A program made the translations under genes and the position numbers. A DNA stretch of 51,285 bases from a virus (taxonomy: Duplodnaviria > Heunggongvirae > Uroviricota > Caudoviricetes). Within the stretch, counting starts at the first letter, position 1; each line of letters begins with the position of its first letter. Below are positions 38,586 through 46,810 of this stretch, piece after piece. The DNA is taken from IMG/VR virus record IMGVR_UViG_3300029544_000001; one strand, 5' to 3'. The notes under the pieces are model-generated. The model was given only the letters and a program-made list of their open reading frames with translations, ran no database searches and was not told the origin of the DNA.

Positions 38586-40781
38586 ATGAAAGTCATATCA
38601 GTTAAATATAAAACATCTTCAACAGAGGTGAAAGCCATAGATTGTTTTGTGGACAGTGGTTATTTGCAAGGTCCTGGAGGTTCCCTTCCGGATGTGGATG
38701 TAGACTTCCAATCAGACCGTAGACAAGAGGTAAAAGAGTATATTGAACGCCGTTATAACCATGATGGTAAACAACGTGTGTTTTCTGCCGGAACTTTTAC
38801 GACTTTAAAGTTGAAAGCAGTGCTTAAAGATGTAGCGCGTGTACATCGAGTACCGGTAAATATTGTAAATTATATCACAGCTATATTTGAAGATGACAAT
38901 ATGAGCTGGACAGACCTGTTTACAATGGCTGCTACTAATAAAAAGGTACATAGCTTCATAATGGAATACCCACAAGTAATTGAAGATATTCGTACTTTGA
39001 TGGGACAACCTCGTTCTTCATCAGTTCATGCCTCTGCCCTACTAGTAACCCCAGATTCAAAAGATGGAAAAGATTTGGAATGCTTTGATTTTACTCCTAT
39101 AAAAAAAATAGACGGTGTGTTGATTTCTGAATTTGACGGTTATTCATTAGACGAACAGGGATTACTAAAAAATGACTGTCTTGGTATTAAGGAATTGTCA
39201 AAACTACAAGCTGTCATCAATATATGTAATGATAAATATCATACCGATATTACTTTTCAAAATATCGTGCAAAGCGGACTAGATGATCCTAAAGTATATC
39301 AACTACTGCAAAAGGGATACACCCAAAATATCTTCCAGTTTTCATCTAAAGGGATGACTAAATTTTTGGTAAGTATGCAACCAGATAAAATTGAAGATTT
39401 AATCGCAGCCAATGCCTTATTTCGTCCAGCAACACTAGATTCCGGATCTACAGATAAATATGTAGACTGCAAATTGGGAGATGCAGATCCTGTATATCTA
39501 TGGGGAACATACAATGCCATGAAGAATACTTATGGTGTGCTGTGTTACCAGGAACAGCTAGCACAGATTGCACGTGAAGTTGGAAAATTCAGTTTAGGTG
39601 AAGGTGTTAAATTGGTAAAACTTATATCCAAGAAAAAAGTAGATAAGATTCTTGCCTTACGAGACAAGTTTATGGCCGGAGCTAATGAAAATGGTTGCCC
39701 AAAAGAAGATGCAGAAGCAATATGGCACATGTTTGAGGTAGCTGGTGGTTATCTTTTTAACAAAAGTCATGCAACCGCTTACGCTGTTACCGCCTATGCC
39801 GGAGCCTACCTCAAAGCCAATTACCCTACAGCTTTTTATACCATAGCTCTTCAATGGGCTAAAGATGATGAAATTCCTACATTAATGAGTGAGATGGAAC
39901 TATGCAGTGAAGCCAAAATAGTTCCACCAGATATAAATGTCAGTGGTGGAACCTTTATTACAGACTATGAAACCAATGAAATTTTTTGGTCTCTTTCTCG
40001 TATTAAAATGTTGGGAGCTAAAGCTACAGAATGGATTATAAACGAACGAAATGTACGCGGAGAATTTAGTTCTATTGAAAACTTTATAGAACGAATATTC
40101 CGGTATAAATTAAAGCTGTACAAATATTGGGATGATCCAGACAACCCGAATGAAGCTACTAAATGCCCAGTTAATGCAAGACATGTCCGTCATTTAATAT
40201 TATCCGGATGTTTTGACAAAGTAGAAAATGCCCAATCAGTCATAGAACGATATGCCATTTTAGAAAAAGCCGCAAAATGTTTAGGTTTTGAAATATCCGA
40301 AAAAGATATACCGGAAGATTTGAGAAACAAACATTATTTCTGGAGTCAACAGCAAATCGCAATTAGTGGCATTGGGGCTATCGACTATAAACGTATTTAT
40401 GACAATTCAGAAGCAAAGCCCAAAATAAAAGGAAAAGCATCTTGGGCACTTTTAAAAAACATACAAGACCCCGATTATGATGGAAAACGCGTTGCTATTT
40501 GTGCTAACATTGTAGATATTGAGGAGAAAAAGTTTAAAGACAAGAAAACAGGTGAGAATCGAGTTTTCTGCAAACTTTTACTTCAACAAAACAATGACCT
40601 GGTAGAAATGGTCATCTGGAATGATGAATGGATGAATGTCCGGGCAACACTTTGTAAGGGTGGTTCTCTTAGCAGTGCAAAGAACAAAATGCTTATATGT
40701 TCCGCCCAAGTTAAATACAGTGACTATACAGGTGGAAACAATCTTCAGTTATATAAATCTTCAATTATAGACATATTATGA
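38586..40781 (+). CDS. dnaE: DNA polymerase III alpha, C-terminal half (catalytic palm, fingers, HhH, OB) with Hint-C-like leader
   Basis: LPDVDVDF, HASA, KNDCLG, FQF, YQEQ and YLFNKSHATAYA. Confidence 0.93.
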   Translation: MKVISVKYKTSSTEVKAIDCFVDSGYLQGPGGSLPDVDVDFQSDRRQEVKEYIERRYNHDGKQRVFSAGTFTTLKLKAVLKDVARVHRVPVNIVNYITAIFEDDNMSWTDLFTMAATNKKVHSFIMEYPQVIEDIRTLMGQPRSSSVHASALLVTPDSKDGKDLECFDFTPIKKIDGVLISEFDGYSLDEQGLLKNDCLGIKELSKLQAVINICNDKYHTDITFQNIVQSGLDDPKVYQLLQKGYTQNIFQFSSKGMTKFLVSMQPDKIEDLIAANALFRPATLDSGSTDKYVDCKLGDADPVYLWGTYNAMKNTYGVLCYQEQLAQIAREVGKFSLGEGVKLVKLISKKKVDKILALRDKFMAGANENGCPKEDAEAIWHMFEVAGGYLFNKSHATAYAVTAYAGAYLKANYPTAFYTIALQWAKDDEIPTLMSEMELCSEAKIVPPDINVSGGTFITDYETNEIFWSLSRIKMLGAKATEWIINERNVRGEFSSIENFIERIFRYKLKLYKYWDDPDNPNEATKCPVNARHVRHLILSGCFDKVENAQSVIERYAILEKAAKCLGFEISEKDIPEDLRNKHYFWSQQQIAISGIGAIDYKRIYDNSEAKPKIKGKASWALLKNIQDPDYDGKRVAICANIVDIEEKKFKDKKTGENRVFCKLLLQQNNDLVEMVIWNDEWMNVRATLCKGGSLSSAKNKMLICSAQVKYSDYTGGNNLQLYKSSIIDIL

Positions 40782-41305
40782 AAATAAAAGCAAATATACC
40801 AGTTATTATAACTATTGTCGGACCATCTGGAAGCGGTAAGACAACAATGGCAAACATCATGTCTGAAAACGGCATTCCAACAATAGTATCATATACAACA
40901 CGTCCCATGAGGGAAGAAGAAACAAATGGAAAAGAACATTGGTTTGTAACTCCGGAAGACAAGCCCCAAATGTCTGAAATGATAGCTTATACACAATTCG
41001 GCGAACATGAATATTGGGCTACATTGCAACAGGCAAAGCAGAAGATATGTACATACGTAATTGATGAAAAAGGTCTGAAATATTTAAAAGAAAAATTTCC
41101 AAACTCATTTATTATATTTTCTGTATATATCGACAGAAGTATAGATGATCGAATAAATTGTGGAATCGACCAACAGCGATGTGAACGCGATTTGAATCGT
41201 ATAGAGATACCTTTAAATGAATATGATTATGTTATTCATAATAATTATTCACTCGAAGAATTTAAACAAAAAGTTAAACAACTCACACTAAGTTTATTAA
41301 AATAA
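40778..41305 (+). CDS. Guanylate kinase-like protein
   Basis: GPSGSGKTT and SYTTRPMREEETNGKEHWFV. Confidence 0.85.
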   Translation: MKIKANIPVIITIVGPSGSGKTTMANIMSENGIPTIVSYTTRPMREEETNGKEHWFVTPEDKPQMSEMIAYTQFGEHEYWATLQQAKQKICTYVIDEKGLKYLKEKFPNSFIIFSVYIDRSIDDRINCGIDQQRCERDLNRIEIPLNEYDYVIHNNYSLEEFKQKVKQLTLSLLK

Positions 41306-41306
41306 T

Positions 41307-42080
41307 ATGGCAACTCCTAATAACGAAAAGCCAATTATCGTGGCTTTTACCTTAGACTTTGAGACTGGCGGTTTGGACTGCCAAGATTGCGCATGTACCC
41401 AGATTGCAATCCATGCAGTACGTATAGATACTTTTGAAACAATTGACAGATATGTAAAATACATATCCCCATATAATAAACAGCCGGATAAAGGTGTGGC
41501 TAAACGTAAAGTATTGAAGAGTAAATTTGATAAAGACGATGAACAGCCCATGAAATATGAAGAAAAAGCTCTGACTTATTCCGCCATAACAATGGATATG
41601 TTAGAATCTCTTGGTATGGACATCAAGCAAGTTGCGGCAGAGGTTATTGATTTTATCCGCAAAAACATATTATCAAAAGGTCGCAACATAAAACCCTTCT
41701 TAATTGGTCAAAACATTGGATTTGATATAGGATTCATGCAACAGTTAATGGAATATGGAGGACAAATGAAAGAATTTGCCAAATTAATAAGAGGAGAAAC
41801 AGATTTCTATGGGCACTTCCAGCCTTTATATATAGACACAATCGTTTTAGGACAATTGGCTTTATCTCATTTAGATGGCATGAGCAGTTATAAATTGGAA
41901 ATCATGGCAGAAAAATTTGGTATTGAACTAGATGATGCCCATGATGCAGATGCTGATGTAACAGCAACGACCAATGTGGCTATGGTATGTTCCCAAAGGA
42001 TGCGTAATGCTTCCGGCATAGATGATGGTAGTATGGTTATGACCAAAACAGAAAAATCACGTGTCCATTTCAAGATATAA
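41307..42080 (+). CDS. DEDDh 3'-5' exonuclease (DnaQ-like)
   Basis: DFETGG, GQNIGFDIGF and AHDADADV. Confidence 0.88.
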   Translation: MATPNNEKPIIVAFTLDFETGGLDCQDCACTQIAIHAVRIDTFETIDRYVKYISPYNKQPDKGVAKRKVLKSKFDKDDEQPMKYEEKALTYSAITMDMLESLGMDIKQVAAEVIDFIRKNILSKGRNIKPFLIGQNIGFDIGFMQQLMEYGGQMKEFAKLIRGETDFYGHFQPLYIDTIVLGQLALSHLDGMSSYKLEIMAEKFGIELDDAHDADADVTATTNVAMVCSQRMRNASGIDDGSMVMTKTEKSRVHFKI

Positions 42081-42083
42081 AAT

Positions 42084-42365
42084 ATGATAACAGAAGAAGA
42101 AAAACAACAAGCGCAATCAATTGGACTGGAGCCAGAAGTAGTGTTCAACACTCTTTCAGACCGAAGAATCCTGGCTGTACAAACCGAAGATACCCATGAA
42201 ACTATTATGGAAATTTCCGGATATGATTTACAAATAAATTTTAATCGGGACAAGTTACAGAACATTGCAGATATAGAAAGTATGCTAGATGGCCTCAAAG
42301 ACCTATTCAGACGGGTTGTTATGCAAGATTTATTAGAAAGTAATGTTGAAAAAACAAACTCATAA
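42084..42365 (+). CDS. Hypothetical protein
   Basis: 93-aa acidic ORF ending the replication block. Confidence 0.6.
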   Translation: MITEEEKQQAQSIGLEPEVVFNTLSDRRILAVQTEDTHETIMEISGYDLQINFNRDKLQNIADIESMLDGLKDLFRRVVMQDLLESNVEKTNS

Positions 42366-42385
42366 AGCCTTTCCTAGCTATTCTT
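42357..42385 (+). promoter_or_regulatory. Candidate phage late promoter AAC-N18-CTATTCTT (copy 2)
   Basis: Upstream of terS; same spacing as copies 1 and 3. Confidence 0.6.
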
Positions 42386-42393
42386 AGTAAACC

Positions 42394-42422
42394 AAGCCCA
42401 GTTGAACATATCGGCTGGGCTT
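42394..42422 (+). terminator. GC-rich stem-loop between the replication block and terS
   Basis: AAGCCCAGTTGA...TCGGCTGGGCTT (with G-U pairs), followed by TAAT. Confidence 0.5.
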
Positions 42423-42437
42423 TAATACAATTAAAGA

Positions 42438-42923
42438 ATGGAACTAAAGAAACCAGAATCGTTGAATAAACAAGAAATTGATTTTTGTGAGCTGTTCATT
42501 TTCGGCTGTGACCCTTATGCTGGAAATGCTCGCAAATGCTACGAGGATATATTCTATGATTCCAGTCATACCTCTTTAAGAAAGGCAAAACAATTAATGG
42601 CGCGGGATGATGTACAAGAGTATATCAATCAGTTGCGAGCTATCGCAAATTATGAAACAGCCGATCTAAAAGCTCGTCTAACAGAAAAACTATTGCATAT
42701 TATAGACGAAACTTCTACAGCAAAATATACAGATCGAAGAGGCACAGAGCTATCACCAGCTCCATTACGTTCTGTAGCTGTGCAAGCATCAAAAGCTTTA
42801 ATGGAAATGTATCCAGTAAAGGTAGCACAAGAAAGTAAAGTTGAATTGAAAGGTAACGGTGACTCTGGTATTGTTTTCAATGTCATTGTTCCTCAATCTA
42901 ATAATGATAATAATGTTGAATAA
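42438..42923 (+). CDS. Terminase small subunit
   Basis: LNKQEIDFCELF...NARKCY...KAKQLMARDDVQEYI, a TerS-type N-terminal HTH pattern. Confidence 0.75.
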   Translation: MELKKPESLNKQEIDFCELFIFGCDPYAGNARKCYEDIFYDSSHTSLRKAKQLMARDDVQEYINQLRAIANYETADLKARLTEKLLHIIDETSTAKYTDRRGTELSPAPLRSVAVQASKALMEMYPVKVAQESKVELKGNGDSGIVFNVIVPQSNNDNNVE

Positions 42924-42931
42924 AAGAACAA

Positions 42932-43135
42932 ATGGTAGGACGAAAAATTACAATCATTGCCTCCCCTTTATTGAAAGAATGGAAATTGAAAAAGTTAATT
43001 GGAAGGGACGGGGTTATTATTAAAGAGAATCAAACTCAAAAAACAAAAGGTGTATGGGTACGCTTAAATGAACCATTTGCAAATGAACTAGAATGGTTTA
43101 TCCCAATCCAATCAGTACAAATTACTTCACATTAA
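42932..43135 (+). CDS. Small hypothetical protein (SH3-like beta pattern)
   Basis: 67-aa ORF within the late operon. Confidence 0.6.
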   Translation: MVGRKITIIASPLLKEWKLKKLIGRDGVIIKENQTQKTKGVWVRLNEPFANELEWFIPIQSVQITSH

Positions 43136-43136
43136 T

Positions 43137-43817
43137 ATGGAACAGTTGGATAAAGGCATCGGATGGCTTCAAAAATTGCTTAACCTACAAAAGAGATATG
43201 GCTTTTTCAGCATTATAAAAGGACTATTTCTGTTGTTTTTAAGCGGTTACATCATATTTTTCGCATTAAATCCAAAGTATCTTTTGGATCGCATGTCCGA
43301 AATAACAACTGCCCAACACGACCATCTAGTAAATACAAGGTTATCGGCGGATTCCAATATTCGCCATATTTTATCTAAAATGATATTTACCACTAATGCT
43401 GACCGGGCATGGTTAATAGAATTTCATAATGGAAGTAAAAATCTGACAACAGGATTACCATTCCTTTTCGGTTCTATGCGAATTGAAGAAGTTAGGGATA
43501 GTATATCGAATGTTGACGAAGACTATGCGGATTTTAGCTTATCAAAATACAAACTTGTGGCAAAAGTATTGGACGATGGGTATTTTTATGGTGGGTTGGA
43601 CGACATTCAAAAAATAGACCAACGCTTGTATTACAAATTTCAAGCCAACGACATTAGCGAAATAGCCTTATTAACATTGTATGATGGAGAAAAGCCCGCC
43701 GGGATTATTGGCCTATCGTTTTGTAACGGTAAAAAGATGGACAAACAACTGGTTGGAAAACATATCAGAAGCAGTGGCATAAAAGTAGCCACATTACTAT
43801 CACAAATAAAAGATTAA
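43137..43817 (+). CDS. Putative holin with one TM helix and a large soluble GAF-like domain
   Basis: TM segment IIKGLFLLFLSGYIIFFAL and ADRAWLIEFHNG...PAGIIGLSF; directly upstream of the endolysin. Confidence 0.55.
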   Translation: MEQLDKGIGWLQKLLNLQKRYGFFSIIKGLFLLFLSGYIIFFALNPKYLLDRMSEITTAQHDHLVNTRLSADSNIRHILSKMIFTTNADRAWLIEFHNGSKNLTTGLPFLFGSMRIEEVRDSISNVDEDYADFSLSKYKLVAKVLDDGYFYGGLDDIQKIDQRLYYKFQANDISEIALLTLYDGEKPAGIIGLSFCNGKKMDKQLVGKHIRSSGIKVATLLSQIKD

Positions 43818-43821
43818 GACT

Positions 43822-44250
43822 ATGGAATTAAGATTAGAACGTCTATGGCCAAAAGAGACTTATACTATTGGCAGACTATATATCAATAATGAATTCTTCT
43901 GTAATACCCTAGAAGACAGGATAGTTGATAAAAATAAAAACGGAATATTCGATAATGGAGAGAAAAAGGTTTATGGAGAGTCAGCAATTCCGTATGGTAC
44001 CTATAATATAATCTATAACTGGTCTCCCAAATTCGGTCGTAATCTTCCAAGATTATTAAATGTTCCCCATTTTGAAGGTATTCTCATACATAGTGGCAAC
44101 ACCGCCGCAGACAGTGCCGGTTGCATTTTAGTAGGGAAAAATTCAACTGTAGGCCGATTATCTGAATCAAGATATACTTCCGATTGCCTTAACAAAAAGA
44201 TTGAAGAGGCACAAAAAAGAGGGGAACCCATTACTATCAGCATTGTATGA
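43822..44250 (+). CDS. Putative endolysin (DUF5675-like)
   Basis: YTIGRLY...CNTLED...AIPYGTY...VPHFEGILIHSGN...SAGCILVG with His/Cys residues as in L,D-transpeptidase-like folds. Confidence 0.75.
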   Translation: MELRLERLWPKETYTIGRLYINNEFFCNTLEDRIVDKNKNGIFDNGEKKVYGESAIPYGTYNIIYNWSPKFGRNLPRLLNVPHFEGILIHSGNTAADSAGCILVGKNSTVGRLSESRYTSDCLNKKIEEAQKRGEPITISIV

Positions 44251-44762
44251 AACCAATTACTATCATAAGTTGTATTCTTTGTATTCTGTTGCTTGATTCA
44301 TGCGCTGCTTCTAAAAATATGGAGAAGCAACAACAGATAGATTACTCCAGTGAATTGCAACAACTTCGTAATTCACTGGACTCTCTTCACATAGATATTG
44401 ACAAACAATCTAAAGTAACAGCAGATAAATTGAGTAATTTAAAGTTAGAAAATAAAACAGTGTATCTGTCGATGCCAGACTCTACTGGAAAACAATATCC
44501 AATAAAGCAAAGTACAACTAATATAAACAAACAAGATACCGAGCATACAGAATCAGCTGAAACATTATCAATATCCATTTCACAAATATCATCCAAGCTA
44601 GACTCTCTATACCAAAGGGTTAATGAACTTTGCAAATCATCAGGAAAGACTATAGAATTAAGTTGGTGGGATTTACATAAAGATAAAATTTATCTATCGG
44701 CAATAATTACAATGCTAATAACAATATTTCTTGTTAAAATCAAAAAATCATATCATTTATAA
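44247..44762 (+). CDS. Putative unimolecular spanin
   Basis: N-terminal lipoprotein signal (LLLDSC) plus C-terminal TM helix IYLSAIITMLITIFLV followed by KIKK. Confidence 0.65.
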   Translation: MKPITIISCILCILLLDSCAASKNMEKQQQIDYSSELQQLRNSLDSLHIDIDKQSKVTADKLSNLKLENKTVYLSMPDSTGKQYPIKQSTTNINKQDTEHTESAETLSISISQISSKLDSLYQRVNELCKSSGKTIELSWWDLHKDKIYLSAIITMLITIFLVKIKKSYHL

Positions 44763-44763
44763 C

Positions 44764-44792
44764 AACCACCTCTATAGCAAAAGACTATTCTT
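44764..44792 (+). promoter_or_regulatory. Candidate phage late promoter AAC-N18-CTATTCTT (copy 3)
   Basis: Intergenic, upstream of 44812 and terL. Confidence 0.6.
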
Positions 44793-44811
44793 GATAAAAC
44801 ATTAAGAAGTT

Positions 44812-45138
44812 ATGGATTTACATATTAAAGATAGATTGCTTATTCCTTCTATTTTTCCAGAACGAGGAAATTTTATGGATTTTAATTTGAAAAAGTCTAT
44901 CGCCCGGAAAATTGCTATTTCAGAGCAAGACAGAAAGGACTATGAAATAGTCGAAAAAAAGGAAGAAAAGCGAATTGAATGGAACGTTCAAAAAGACGCA
45001 GAAACCCCATTAGTAGTAGAATTTTCTAAAGAAGAACTGGATTATATGCGTAGGTCTTGTGAAGCTATTGCAGAACAACAAATGCCAGATGAAATGTGGG
45101 CTGTAGTTGAACGCATCTATAACGAAGCACAAAATTGA
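44812..45138 (+). CDS. Hypothetical phage protein
   Basis: 108-aa ORF with its own promoter-like motif. Confidence 0.7.
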   Translation: MDLHIKDRLLIPSIFPERGNFMDFNLKKSIARKIAISEQDRKDYEIVEKKEEKRIEWNVQKDAETPLVVEFSKEELDYMRRSCEAIAEQQMPDEMWAVVERIYNEAQN

Positions 45139-45175
45139 TTTCTTACTTCTTTACTCACAATCATATCTTCCATAC

Positions 45176-45211
45176 AAATGGGAATCTGTCTTACTGTACG
45201 GATTCCCATTT
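45176..45211 (+). terminator. Stem-loop upstream of terL
   Basis: AAATGGGAATC / GATTCCCATTT arms, followed by ATTGTTTT. Confidence 0.55.
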
Positions 45212-45230
45212 ATTGTTTTAAATTAACAAT

Positions 45231-46808
45231 ATGGCTGTAGGATTAAAAGCACCAAACATAAAAATTGATTTCAAGCCATCTCCCAAACAATATGAATTAT
45301 GGAAATTACTTCAACCCGACTATTGCCCTCATTGTGGAGGACATATATCACAAAAAATGGTCGGACATGATATTAAAGGAAACCCACAATATAAACCATA
45401 TTGCACATCATGCGGCTCTGAGAATCTACCACAACTTATTTTAGGAGGCGGTGCAGCCGGAGGTGGAAAATCTTACTTAGGAAGTTGCTGGCTTGTTAGT
45501 AGCTGCATGAGATTTCCAGATATACGTGCCGTTGTAGCTCGTAAAACCTTAAAGAGTCTAAAAGGTTCTACTTGGAATACCATAAAGAAAGTGTGTAAGG
45601 AATGGGGGCTAAAAGAAGGGGTAAATTACAAAATAAACAATCTGGATGGGATATTGACATTTTGGAATGATTCAGTCATCATCATGCAAGAAATGGTTGA
45701 CTTACCTTCAGACCCTAACTTTGAACGTTTCGGGTCTTCAGAATATACTATTGCATTCATAGATGAGGTATCAGAAATTTCAGAAAGAGCTATTGAAGTA
45801 TTATTTTCTCGTCTTCGTTGGCGCACAGCAGAAACATTTAAGACTGCCAGAATGATGATGTCAACCAACCCTTGTATTAATTGGGTACGTTCGCGTTTTG
45901 TACAAGACGATGAAGGAAATCCTGTATTATGCAAAGAAGGTGAAGCATACGTTCCATTCTCTGTTTTTGATAATCCGGATATTCAGTTTGTACAGACCTA
46001 TGTCGCTGCCTTAAACAAAATTACAGATCGAGCAACACGAGAAAGGCTTTTATATGGAAACTGGGATTTTGTTGACTCAAATCTTATGGCTGCATATTGG
46101 AATTTTGATGGCGAAAAACATCTTATTGAACGGTTACGGGAAAAAGTTTATGATCCGATGAAACCAATCATATCAGGATGGGACTTTAATGTCGCTCCAT
46201 ATATGAGTGAGATGGAGTTGCAGATTAATTATGAGAAGAAAGAAATATATCTGCTGGAAGAAAATTTAGGTAAACCAGAGAACAAAGAAAACAATACCCC
46301 AAAATTATCTCAAAAAATAAGGGACAAACACCTCCAGAATCAGCATATAGGTGGAATAATTATAACAGGAGACCCAGCAGGATTAGCACGTAGCACGCAA
46401 ACAGAAGAAGGTGTCAACAACTATACTATTATAGTGGACAATATGAAAAATAATGTGCTAAGGCCACGTATAAAATTGCTTCAGAAGCAGCCGCCACAAA
46501 GTACCAGGTTGGAGTTTGTCAATGCAATATTAAACGGGTTTGACGGTTGGAAATTCATGGCAGACCTACGGTGTCGTAAATTTACTGAAGATATGATATA
46601 CCAGCAGAAGAACTCTGACGGCACCAAATCCAAGAAAAAAGTATTAAACCCCAAAACGGGTGGAAAAGAAGAAAAATACGGGCACTTATCGGACATCTTG
46701 GATTATGTATTGGTATTGTTTCTCTGCGACTCATGGAGACGGTTCCAAAATCAAAAGACAACAATTGAAACATATACAGCACCAGTCTATAACACTTTTG
46801 AATATTAA
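45231..46808 (+). CDS. terL: Terminase large subunit
   Basis: PSPKQ, GGAAGGGKS Walker A, IAFIDE Walker B, STNP, and nuclease motifs GWDFN and HLSDILDY. Confidence 0.92.
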   Translation: MAVGLKAPNIKIDFKPSPKQYELWKLLQPDYCPHCGGHISQKMVGHDIKGNPQYKPYCTSCGSENLPQLILGGGAAGGGKSYLGSCWLVSSCMRFPDIRAVVARKTLKSLKGSTWNTIKKVCKEWGLKEGVNYKINNLDGILTFWNDSVIIMQEMVDLPSDPNFERFGSSEYTIAFIDEVSEISERAIEVLFSRLRWRTAETFKTARMMMSTNPCINWVRSRFVQDDEGNPVLCKEGEAYVPFSVFDNPDIQFVQTYVAALNKITDRATRERLLYGNWDFVDSNLMAAYWNFDGEKHLIERLREKVYDPMKPIISGWDFNVAPYMSEMELQINYEKKEIYLLEENLGKPENKENNTPKLSQKIRDKHLQNQHIGGIIITGDPAGLARSTQTEEGVNNYTIIVDNMKNNVLRPRIKLLQKQPPQSTRLEFVNAILNGFDGWKFMADLRCRKFTEDMIYQQKNSDGTKSKKKVLNPKTGGKEEKYGHLSDILDYVLVLFLCDSWRRFQNQKTTIETYTAPVYNTFEY

Positions 46809-46810
46809 TT

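Noticed and set aside
36838..38681. Canonical active split intein, or a dnaE pseudogene
   Set aside because: Splicing residues (block-A Cys/Ser, TxxH, terminal HN) are missing. Both halves keep all polymerase motifs and have clean starts and stops, which argues against decay.
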